Source of the DNA: Candidatus Delongbacteria bacterium
GTDB taxonomy: Bacteria; UBA4055
Reading direction: 5' to 3'
NCBI GenBank assembly: GCA_016937995.1
Contig: JAFGVM010000051.1
Location: 1 to 44,315 of the forward strand
DNA: 44,315 nucleotides
Program-made: the position numbers and the translations under genes
The notes under the pieces: generated by a model
The model's input: only the letters and a program-made list of their open reading frames with translations
Told to the model about the DNA's origin: nothing
The model's database searches: none
Part shown: in pieces, positions 34,372 to 42,652 of the stretch
How positions within the stretch are numbered: the first letter of the stretch is position 1
How the letters are laid out: the number at the start of each line of letters is the position of its first letter

Positions 34372-36606
34372 CTATTTTTGAATCATTTCGAACTGAGACA
34401 ACAGTCCTTTGATCTTTTCAATATATCCACCAACGTGTACGTTGTTCTGATCTTTCTTGATATTAGTATACTCTTCAAGAGAGTTTTTGAGATATTTTGA
34501 TGCTTTTTTGATCTTTCCTTTTTCTATGTAAATTTCTCCTAGGTACATTTTTGCATTCGCAGATATTACTTCAAGTTTTTGATCTTTGGAATTTTTAATA
34601 GCCCGGTTGAAATAGTACACAGCTTTATCGTAGCTACCCATAGATGCCAGAGATTTTGCAATTGAGTTCTCAAGATAAGTAAGATAGAATTTTATTTCTT
34701 TTTTCTCACACTCAATACGAGCTTCGTGGAAGTACTTAAGTGATTTTTTATACTCTTTTCTTAAATAATGGATATTTCCCAGATAGTGTAGATTTACTAT
34801 ATATTCGACAGGATAATACTTTTTCCATTTATTTACAGGAATGGATGTGATCGATTTCGAAAAATACTCATTTGAAAGTTCATATTTGGAGTTTTTATAA
34901 TAATACATACCCAATATTCTGCAACTGTCAGACAAATACCTCGGTTTCTTCAGCTCAACTGACAGTTCTTCTAATCTCGTTATTAATAATTTTATTGTCC
35001 TTGGATTTTTTTTCATCGCAAAGGTATATATATTTAAAAGATCTGCTGTGCTTTTAGCTTCAAGTTTTTTTTCTCCTATTTTATTAGCAAGTTTATTGAC
35101 TATTAGAGATGCTTTTTCAGACTCCTCATATTTGTTTAAATAGTAAAACAAGATACTTTTCAATCCATATCCTAAGGCTAGCTCTCGATCATTTCCTTCA
35201 CTTTTTGCTTTTAAAATATAATTATCAGCTACTACCAATCCTGAATTAAATTCAGTTAAAGCTATGTGTTTATATATTTCAGAGCTATATAATTTGTAAA
35301 TTCCCTTAACAGCTTTACTTTTTGAATATGCTTTCATCGCATAATTAAAAAACAATACTGCCGAAATCATATCAGATTCACTCAGTTTTATCATACCCAT
35401 AATGTGAAACGAATCACCAAGTTCCATCAGATAAGACCTTTTTGATGATAATTTGATATTTTCTGTCAACAACTTTTCGGCAACATCATAATTTTCAATG
35501 TAATAATAAAGATCAGCTTGCTTGATATTTACTTTTGTTCTCAATTCATCACTGTCATTTAAATTATTGCATGTTACCAGAATTTTATGATAAATATTTA
35601 TTGCATTTTCAAAATCAAAATTTATTTGTGCTCTATCTCCATATGCTTCGATTTCTTCTAGAGTCTCCAGGAGCAGTTTATTTTGATTACTGGGAATAGA
35701 TACAGTTTGCCAAAAATCTGTAAATCGTACTATTTTATCAATATCCTGAATGAAATTATCAACAAATATTGGTGGTATAATAATATTCTCTGCATATATT
35801 CCGCCTGCAGAATCAACTTTATTATTGCCTAATACAAGCTCTTTATAAATACTTTTTATGAGATGCTTATGTGAAAACAGATCCGATCCAATTTCAATAT
35901 TACTTTTTGATGTGTTTAGATCTTTGTTAATAGTAAGATTCGTATCGTGCTTGGAAGTTACAAAACGTTTAATGTTTGTATCATAAATTTCGTTTCTTTT
36001 AAGATTTGGTATATTACTTTGGATCGCATAATTCGAATTTATTAAACCCTTATTTTTCAAACTTGAAAGAACATAGTCGATGAATATGCTGATATTCATA
36101 CTGTTTTTCTCAAGAGAATATCCTATAAATTTATTATGTGAAATGTTATCCTCTATGTTGATCTGATAAACAGAGTGAATCTGACCTTCAATATTGACTT
36201 TTGATAAAACATTTATGTAAACACTAAAACTCTGCACAGGGTTAAATTTGGAGATATCTCTTTTATTTTTTTCATACCTTATCCTTTTTAATTTTCTTGA
36301 AATTAAAGCTAAACTACAATCCAGATTAAATTCTTTTTTAATATTCTTTAAGCTTTTTTTTGGATTATCTTGTTTGAATTCCCAGATAATGTTTACTAGC
36401 TTTTCATCAAGTTTCTTTTTCTGATTATCTTGTTTCTTTTTTCGTACAAGCCCTTCTAAACCTTGATTTTTATACCGTTTTATCCAGTTGGCAACAGTGT
36501 TCCTTCCCAGCTTATAATGCTCAGCAGCAGTAATGATATTATGGAGTTGAGCATAACCTATCACTTCATTTTTAAAATCTACTGAGTAAGATCTTTGTTT
36601 TTTCAA
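34372..36606 (-). CDS. HTH + degenerate IS481-like integrase core + TPR-repeat protein
   Basis: Transposase-like HTH (AAEHYKLGRNTVANWIKRYKNQGLEGL), RNase-H-like segment lacking acidic catalytic residues, and about 430 aa of TPR-like repeats (LG.IY...G...KA..Y...AL). TTG start with GAAAGGA RBS. Confidence 0.8.
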   Translation of the reverse strand: MKKQRSYSVDFKNEVIGYAQLHNIITAAEHYKLGRNTVANWIKRYKNQGLEGLVRKKKQDNQKKKLDEKLVNIIWEFKQDNPKKSLKNIKKEFNLDCSLALISRKLKRIRYEKNKRDISKFNPVQSFSVYINVLSKVNIEGQIHSVYQINIEDNISHNKFIGYSLEKNSMNISIFIDYVLSSLKNKGLINSNYAIQSNIPNLKRNEIYDTNIKRFVTSKHDTNLTINKDLNTSKSNIEIGSDLFSHKHLIKSIYKELVLGNNKVDSAGGIYAENIIIPPIFVDNFIQDIDKIVRFTDFWQTVSIPSNQNKLLLETLEEIEAYGDRAQINFDFENAINIYHKILVTCNNLNDSDELRTKVNIKQADLYYYIENYDVAEKLLTENIKLSSKRSYLMELGDSFHIMGMIKLSESDMISAVLFFNYAMKAYSKSKAVKGIYKLYSSEIYKHIALTEFNSGLVVADNYILKAKSEGNDRELALGYGLKSILFYYLNKYEESEKASLIVNKLANKIGEKKLEAKSTADLLNIYTFAMKKNPRTIKLLITRLEELSVELKKPRYLSDSCRILGMYYYKNSKYELSNEYFSKSITSIPVNKWKKYYPVEYIVNLHYLGNIHYLRKEYKKSLKYFHEARIECEKKEIKFYLTYLENSIAKSLASMGSYDKAVYYFNRAIKNSKDQKLEVISANAKMYLGEIYIEKGKIKKASKYLKNSLEEYTNIKKDQNNVHVGGYIEKIKGLLSQFEMIQK

Positions 36607-36722
36607 ATCCTTTCACCTATCGGTTACACCATCAACTAATCCATGCCAAAGAGTAATTGATAATAATATATTCCAGAGTAAGCAAGACATTTTTTACACT
36701 TATTTGGTGCATAGCACTTTCA

Positions 36723-36751
36723 TTGACCGGCATAGTAAATTATAGTATTGT
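36723..36751 (+). promoter_or_regulatory. Possible sigma70 promoter for the housekeeping run
   Basis: TTGACC-N17-TATTGT about 100 nt upstream of 36852. The AT-rich context weakens the call. Confidence 0.3.
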
Positions 36752-36851
36752 TTTTATTAATAATTTTTGTTATTTTGTTGTAGCATATACAGTAAACTAT
36801 TATATTGAAGTAGAAGGCGTAATAACAGTTATGATAATTAAGGGATGCTAA

Positions 36852-37601
36852 ATGAGTAAGTGTTTATTCTATACAATATTGATCGCTGTTCTTTCATTGT
36901 ATTCAGCCAGAACTGGCAATGAAAAATTCAAAGGATTTGAAAAAGGCTTTCTGTCATTCTCATGTAATTACCTGCCCTCAAATATTTCAAGCGTAAATAA
37001 TGCAATTGAAGATTATGGTCTTAATGGATTTGATGATTTTATACTGACGTGGGGAGCTGAGCTAACAGGTAATATGAATTCCAACATAGGTGCCGGTATT
37101 CAATACTATACCGGTTGGGATACTACTCAAAAAATTGTGGACGTTCCTGATACGAATTCATCATTTATTAGACTCGACAGGTGTATAGAGTATAAAATTT
37201 CATATTATGGCATGATAATCAATTACAGAAAAAATTTCACTGGAAATATTGAGTACTTTGGATCGTTTTCAGGGAATTACGGCAACATAGAATTAATTAT
37301 AAGTCAGGATGAAGGGGATCAAAGATTTGATGATCTTTTTGATTCTTTTGAACCTGTAAGCGGAATATTTGAATATAACAGATCCTCCAGTTTAAGCATT
37401 GGTTTCTGGATGCTCACTGTTAACAGTGGAGTTAAATTTTATTTTTCAGACCGGCTCGCGATCGGAGGAAGTATAGGATATGTGTACGGTTTTGTCAGTG
37501 ATGATGGTACAATAAATTACGAATTCGAAAGTATCAAGAGTATACCTGACCTTGATTTTGAAGGTCTTACGTATTCCATATCAATTTACTACGGAAGTTA
37601 A
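36852..37601 (+). CDS. Putative outer-membrane beta-barrel protein
   Basis: Signal peptide, alternating Gly/aromatic amphipathic strands and terminal strand LTYSISIYYG. Confidence 0.7.
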   Translation: MSKCLFYTILIAVLSLYSARTGNEKFKGFEKGFLSFSCNYLPSNISSVNNAIEDYGLNGFDDFILTWGAELTGNMNSNIGAGIQYYTGWDTTQKIVDVPDTNSSFIRLDRCIEYKISYYGMIINYRKNFTGNIEYFGSFSGNYGNIELIISQDEGDQRFDDLFDSFEPVSGIFEYNRSSSLSIGFWMLTVNSGVKFYFSDRLAIGGSIGYVYGFVSDDGTINYEFESIKSIPDLDFEGLTYSISIYYGS

Positions 37602-37605
37602 ATAG

Positions 37606-39150
37606 ATGACAAAGGGCAACATATCAAATAAGAAAGTTTTACTATGCATTCTCGATGGTTATGGTATTGGGAAGGACAGCCCGTATAACGCGATAAAGAA
37701 TGCTGCAACACAAAATCTTGATTCACTTTTTGAGCGATTCCCTTCTTCTGAGCTTACCTGTTCAGGACCAGATGTAGGATTACCTTCTGATACGATGGGA
37801 AACAGCGAAGTCGGACATTTGAATATTGGTGCAGGCAGAGTAATTTATCAGGATATCTCCAGAATTGACAGATCAATCGATGACGGTTCTTTTTTTAAGA
37901 ACCCTGTCTTGAATAAAATGATCCAGGAAACAAAAATTAATAATTCGTCTCTGCATTTATTAGGTTTGGTTTCTGGCGGGAATGTTCATTCATCTTTTGA
38001 CCATCTAAAAGCTATCATAAGAAAATGCACAATCGAAGATCTGAAGAATGTTTATATCCATGTTTTTACAGATGGCAGAGATACACCTCCTGAAAGCGGA
38101 CTTGGTTACGTTCATGAGCTTCAAAATTTTATCAAAGACCAGACAGCTGAGATCGCATCAGTATCCGGAAGATATTACGCAATGGACAGGGATAAAAGAT
38201 GGGACAGGATCAAATTAGCATATGATATGCTTACAATTCCTGTCAATGGAAAAGATATATCTGCTGAAGAAATAATTTCAAGTTCATACTCAAACAATGT
38301 TGCAGATGAGTTCATATTACCCCGGAATGTAATAGTAAACGGGGAATCAGTATCAAATATTAAGTTTGGCGACAGTGTTCTCTTTTTCAATTTTCGATCT
38401 GACAGAGCAAGAGAGTTAACTTTAGCTTTGAATAATCTGGAGGGTGTCGGATTCAATACAATTGATCTTAGCCTGAATTTTGTTACATTAACACAATATC
38501 GAGAAGATTTCCAATTTGGGATAATATCACCTAAAGAGCATTATAAAAATATTCTGGGAAAAGTGATTTCCGATCATGGGCTATCTCAGCTTCGAATCGC
38601 AGAAACGGAAAAATTTGCACATGTGACTTTTTTCTTTAACGGAGGTGAAGATGCTATTTTCGAAAATGAGGAAAGAATACTGGTACCTTCTCCCAAGGTG
38701 GCTACATATGATCTTCAGCCTGAAATGTCAGCTTTTCAGGTCACTACAGAATTAGTTGAAGAAATAAAAAAAGAAAAGCACTCCTTGATCGTATTAAACT
38801 TTGCAAATTGTGACATGGTCGGTCATACAGGAGTCTATGAAGCAGCAAAAAAAGCCGTTGAAACAATAGATATCTGTATTGAAGAAATATACAGGATCGC
38901 AAATAAAAAAGGTTATACTTTGATAATTACCGCTGATCACGGTAATGCTGAAAAAATGAGAGAGAACAATGTTCCTTTTACAGCTCATACTAAAAACAAA
39001 GTACCTTTCCTTATCACTGATGCTAATTTAACTCTTAAAAACGGAAAGCTGGCAGATATTGCACCGACAATACTTAAACTTTTAGAAATTGAAATACCGG
39101 AAGAAATGAGCGGTAATGTACTAATTGATCCGGAACAGGAGTCAGAATAA
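37606..39150 (+). CDS. gpmI: 2,3-bisphosphoglycerate-independent phosphoglycerate mutase
   Basis: ILDGYG, MGNSEVGH, DGRD, GRYYAMDRD, ETEKFAHVTFF, DMVGH, TADHGNAE. Confidence 0.98.
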   Translation: MTKGNISNKKVLLCILDGYGIGKDSPYNAIKNAATQNLDSLFERFPSSELTCSGPDVGLPSDTMGNSEVGHLNIGAGRVIYQDISRIDRSIDDGSFFKNPVLNKMIQETKINNSSLHLLGLVSGGNVHSSFDHLKAIIRKCTIEDLKNVYIHVFTDGRDTPPESGLGYVHELQNFIKDQTAEIASVSGRYYAMDRDKRWDRIKLAYDMLTIPVNGKDISAEEIISSSYSNNVADEFILPRNVIVNGESVSNIKFGDSVLFFNFRSDRARELTLALNNLEGVGFNTIDLSLNFVTLTQYREDFQFGIISPKEHYKNILGKVISDHGLSQLRIAETEKFAHVTFFFNGGEDAIFENEERILVPSPKVATYDLQPEMSAFQVTTELVEEIKKEKHSLIVLNFANCDMVGHTGVYEAAKKAVETIDICIEEIYRIANKKGYTLIITADHGNAEKMRENNVPFTAHTKNKVPFLITDANLTLKNGKLADIAPTILKLLEIEIPEEMSGNVLIDPEQESE

Positions 39151-40724
39151 TGAGTGAATTAAAAGAAATTTATCTTAGAAGAGGATTTGTTGCTCAGGAC
39201 TATATTGACATATCAAGCGAGATTTTTGTTGAGATCAACAATTATTTTAAGATTGTTGATTGTAATTTAAATTTTTGTAAACTATATAATTTACCCCGTA
39301 CTCAAATTTTCGGTTCAGAGATCACAGATGTAATAAATGAACCAGATAAGATCAAATTTCTGGATATTATAAGAAGGATCCAGAGAAGAAAATTCAAAGA
39401 CGGTCTGATCAAAATTGAACTTGTCGATTATAAGAAAAGAGTATCCGTTTATGCAATGAAATATAATCCTGTCGTAGACGATAATAACGTAATTCGCGGT
39501 GTATTTTTAAAATTTTCCAACTTCGTAAAAAGAACTGAAGATTCCGAAGTGAACACATTGTTCCTTTCAATCTATAACTCTTTGACAAATTTATATACCA
39601 TATACGCTACTGATACAAAACTCAGGATCAATCATGTGAATTCCTCTTTGACCAACATTCTGGGATACACTAAAGAGGAGATGCTGACCAAAGAAATTAT
39701 CGAATTTCTGGTTAAGAATAAAAAAACTGAGGATAATATTAAAAAATTATTTTTATCATTGGATAATAATGGTAAATTTGCCGGTGAAGTACTGTATAAA
39801 GCAAAGAACGGCGAGGAGATTCCGATCTATCTGGCTGTTTCCTCTCTGATACATAACGGCAAGGTCATCGGTAGTCTCGGGATCGGTAGGGATATGAGGG
39901 ATGAGAAAAAACTTGAAGCTGAAAATCAGGCATTTGCATTAAAGTTACAATCGCACTCGAAACTGGCTGAATTTGGAATGATGTTGCAGGGTGTTGCACA
40001 CAATATGAATACTCCTTTGACCGGTATCAAAAGCCGAGCTCAGCTGGAGCATGCAAAACTTGCTAAATTCAAAAAAATGATAAATGAAAAGTATGGGCAT
40101 GAAGAGGATCTTGGTAAAGTAACCGACAGTATTTCAAAGTTTCTGAGCATGATAGATCAGTCGGTTAGTAAACTTGCTAAGATAATCAAGAACATGATGG
40201 CCAAATCAAGAGATCAGCAATCTCTTGTTAAAGAAGGTTTGAATTTAGCTAATGTTATGGAACAGGAGCTTGAATTCATCATGTCAAATCAGTTCTTCAA
40301 ACATAAGGTTGAAAAAGTAATAAAGATCCAGTCAGATCTTCCATTGGTATATGGACTTTATTCCGATTTTTCTCAAAGTTTCGTAAATATTATTAAAAAC
40401 GCTATCGATTCAATGTATGATACTCCTGAGAAAGTACTTACTGTTAAGTTATATCAGCATGAGGATAATATTGTTGTTAAGATAAAAGATACCGGAAAAG
40501 GTATTCCTAAAGAAGTCGGAGACAAAATATTCCAGCCATTCTTTACCACAAAACCAAAGATAGGTCAATCTGTCGGAGAGGAACCTACAGGAACAGGAAT
40601 TGGCCTTGACAGTGTAATTAGTTTACTCAAACCCTATAAAGCAAAGATTTCTTATGAATCTGAAGTCGGCAAAGGAACTCAATTCACAATTATTATTCCG
40701 ATCTCTGTAAATAAAAATAAATAA
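39150..40724 (+). CDS. PAS-PAS sensor histidine kinase
   Basis: Two PAS domains, H-box AHNMNTPL, NIIKNAID, DTGKG, PFFTTK and GTGIGL. Start overlaps the gpmI stop (TAATG). Confidence 0.92.
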   Translation: MSELKEIYLRRGFVAQDYIDISSEIFVEINNYFKIVDCNLNFCKLYNLPRTQIFGSEITDVINEPDKIKFLDIIRRIQRRKFKDGLIKIELVDYKKRVSVYAMKYNPVVDDNNVIRGVFLKFSNFVKRTEDSEVNTLFLSIYNSLTNLYTIYATDTKLRINHVNSSLTNILGYTKEEMLTKEIIEFLVKNKKTEDNIKKLFLSLDNNGKFAGEVLYKAKNGEEIPIYLAVSSLIHNGKVIGSLGIGRDMRDEKKLEAENQAFALKLQSHSKLAEFGMMLQGVAHNMNTPLTGIKSRAQLEHAKLAKFKKMINEKYGHEEDLGKVTDSISKFLSMIDQSVSKLAKIIKNMMAKSRDQQSLVKEGLNLANVMEQELEFIMSNQFFKHKVEKVIKIQSDLPLVYGLYSDFSQSFVNIIKNAIDSMYDTPEKVLTVKLYQHEDNIVVKIKDTGKGIPKEVGDKIFQPFFTTKPKIGQSVGEEPTGTGIGLDSVISLLKPYKAKISYESEVGKGTQFTIIIPISVNKNK

Positions 40725-40739
40725 ATTTGAGGTTTTAAA

Positions 40740-41204
40740 ATGAAAAAAATCGAAGGTCAGTTAAACGCTTCCAAACTAAAAATTGCTATTGTTGGGTCCA
40801 GGTTCAATGAGTTGATCACTACAAAGCTGATAAATGGATCAGAAGATTGTTTCATCAGGCATGAGGGTGATAAAAAAAATCTTGATCTGATCATGGTTCC
40901 CGGTGCATATGAGATACCGTTAACTGCAAAAAAACTATGTAATACAAAAAAATATGATGCTGTAGTTTGTCTTGGTGCTGTTATCAGAGGAAATACACCT
41001 CATTTTGATTACGTTGCAGCAGAAGTATCAAAAGGAATAGCTCATGTGGGTTTGGATTCAGAAATACCTGTAATTTTTGGTGTTCTAACCACAGATACTA
41101 TTGAACAGGCTATCGAAAGAGCCGGAACAAAATCCGGAAATAAGGGTTGGGATGCAATGTTGAGCGCTATTGAGATGATAAACCTTTTTAAACAAATCAA
41201 ATAG
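40740..41204 (+). CDS. ribH: 6,7-dimethyl-8-ribityllumazine synthase
   Basis: [44 protein letters not shown]. Confidence 0.98.
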   Translation: MKKIEGQLNASKLKIAIVGSRFNELITTKLINGSEDCFIRHEGDKKNLDLIMVPGAYEIPLTAKKLCNTKKYDAVVCLGAVIRGNTPHFDYVAAEVSKGIAHVGLDSEIPVIFGVLTTDTIEQAIERAGTKSGNKGWDAMLSAIEMINLFKQIK

Positions 41205-41216
41205 ATTGAATAATAT

Positions 41217-41969
41217 ATGATTAAAATAAAATCACCGGAAGAGATCAAAAAAATGAGATCGGCCGGAAAACTTGCTGCAGAAGTACTGGAGTATATAGAA
41301 AAATATGTAGTCGAAGGTCAGAACACTGCTGAAATTGACAGACTGTGCCATGAATTTATTGTGAGTAAGGGAGCGATCCCTGCACCTCTGAATTATCATG
41401 GTTTTCCAAAAAGTATTTGTACTTCAGTCAATAACATAGTATGTCATGGCATCCCCAGCAATAAACAAATATTGAACAACGGTGACATTGTCAATGTGGA
41501 TGTAACTGTTATCCTGGATGATTATCATGGTGATACTTCAAGAACTTATTTAATAGGTGACGTTAAAGAATCCACCCGATTATTGGTAGAACGCAGTGAG
41601 AACGCAATGATGAGGGGTATTCAGGCAATAAAACCAAACTCTTTTTTATACGAGGTAGGCAAAGCAATTGAGAAATACGTTAATAAATTCAAATATTCAA
41701 TCGTGAGAGACTATGGTGGTCACGGTATAGGAAGAGAATTTCATGAAGACCCCCATGTTTATCATTTTTATACTCCGGCTAACCGGATAAGGCTTAGACC
41801 AGGAATGATATTTACTGTTGAACCAATGATCAACGAAGGTGGCTATGAAGTAGTGACATCTCAGACAGACGGTTGGACGGTAACAACAAAAGATAATTCT
41901 CTAACTGCTCAGTTTGAACACACTGTTCTTGTAACAGAAAAAGGTTATGAAATCTTGACTAAATTATAG
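41217..41969 (+). CDS. map: Methionine aminopeptidase type I
   Basis: CTSVN..VCHGIP, GDIVNVD, HGDTSRT, GHGIG..FHEDP, FTVEPM, AQFEHT. Confidence 0.98.
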   Translation: MIKIKSPEEIKKMRSAGKLAAEVLEYIEKYVVEGQNTAEIDRLCHEFIVSKGAIPAPLNYHGFPKSICTSVNNIVCHGIPSNKQILNNGDIVNVDVTVILDDYHGDTSRTYLIGDVKESTRLLVERSENAMMRGIQAIKPNSFLYEVGKAIEKYVNKFKYSIVRDYGGHGIGREFHEDPHVYHFYTPANRIRLRPGMIFTVEPMINEGGYEVVTSQTDGWTVTTKDNSLTAQFEHTVLVTEKGYEILTKL

Positions 41970-41978
41970 ATCTTTCCC

Positions 41979-42003
41979 GTAAAGACGTGATTTATCACGT
42001 CTC
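41979..42003 (+). repeat. GTAG-type REP-like palindrome
   Basis: GTAA-AGACGTGAT-TT-ATCACGTCT just after the map stop. Confidence 0.55.
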
Positions 42004-42044
42004 AAAATAGGAGTGAACACATCAAAGTAAACTATCAAAACATA

Positions 42045-42641
42045 ATGGAAGAAGAACTTCAAAAGATCAAAGTTCTTCCCAATAAACCATCTTTATTACT
42101 CCATGCATGTTGTGCTCCCTGCAGTTCATATGTTTTAGAGCTTCTCAGGGATATCTTTGATATAACCATTTATTTTTACAACCCCAATATTTATCCGGAG
42201 AAAGAATATTTCCGGAGACTCAACGAACTGAAATCTTTTCTATCAGAATTTGATAAAGGCTCAGAAGTAAAACTTATTGAAGAAAATTATACACCTATGG
42301 AGTTTGCTGCCTGTTCTTCAGGAATGGAAGAAGAAACGGAAGGTAGTAAGAGGTGTTTCAGCTGCTATGAACTTAGAATGTCAAAAACTGCTCAGAAAGC
42401 AAGTGAAGAAAAATTTGATTATTTTTGTACAACTTTATCAATAAGTCCTCATAAGAATGCTGAAAAAATAAACGAAATCGGAAGAGAATTATCAAAAATC
42501 TACAATGTTAAATTCCTTTATTCTAATTTTAAAAAGAAAAATGGTTTTATAAGATCTTTAGAAATAAGTAAAGACTTCGACTTATACAGACAGGAATATT
42601 GCGGTTGTGAATACTCAATTAGAGACATCTTGCCGGAATAA
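42045..42641 (+). CDS. queH: Epoxyqueuosine reductase QueH
   Basis: LLLHACCAPCS, FYNPNIYP..EY.RR, RCFSCY.LR, TTL.ISPHK, YRQEYCGC. Confidence 0.95.
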   Translation: MEEELQKIKVLPNKPSLLLHACCAPCSSYVLELLRDIFDITIYFYNPNIYPEKEYFRRLNELKSFLSEFDKGSEVKLIEENYTPMEFAACSSGMEEETEGSKRCFSCYELRMSKTAQKASEEKFDYFCTTLSISPHKNAEKINEIGRELSKIYNVKFLYSNFKKKNGFIRSLEISKDFDLYRQEYCGCEYSIRDILPE

Positions 42642-42652
42642 AAATCACTCCA

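Noticed and set aside
34372-36700. Active insertion sequence
   Set aside because: Catalytic acidic residues appear lost, and no terminal inverted repeats or target duplication were noticed.
36657-36851. 64-aa hydrophobic TTG-start ORF
   Set aside because: It spans an AT-rich divergent promoter region with only a weak RBS; the hydrophobicity is explained by T-richness.
40725-40740. FMN riboswitch before ribH
   Set aside because: The intergenic gap is only 15 nt, leaving no room, and no motif is present.
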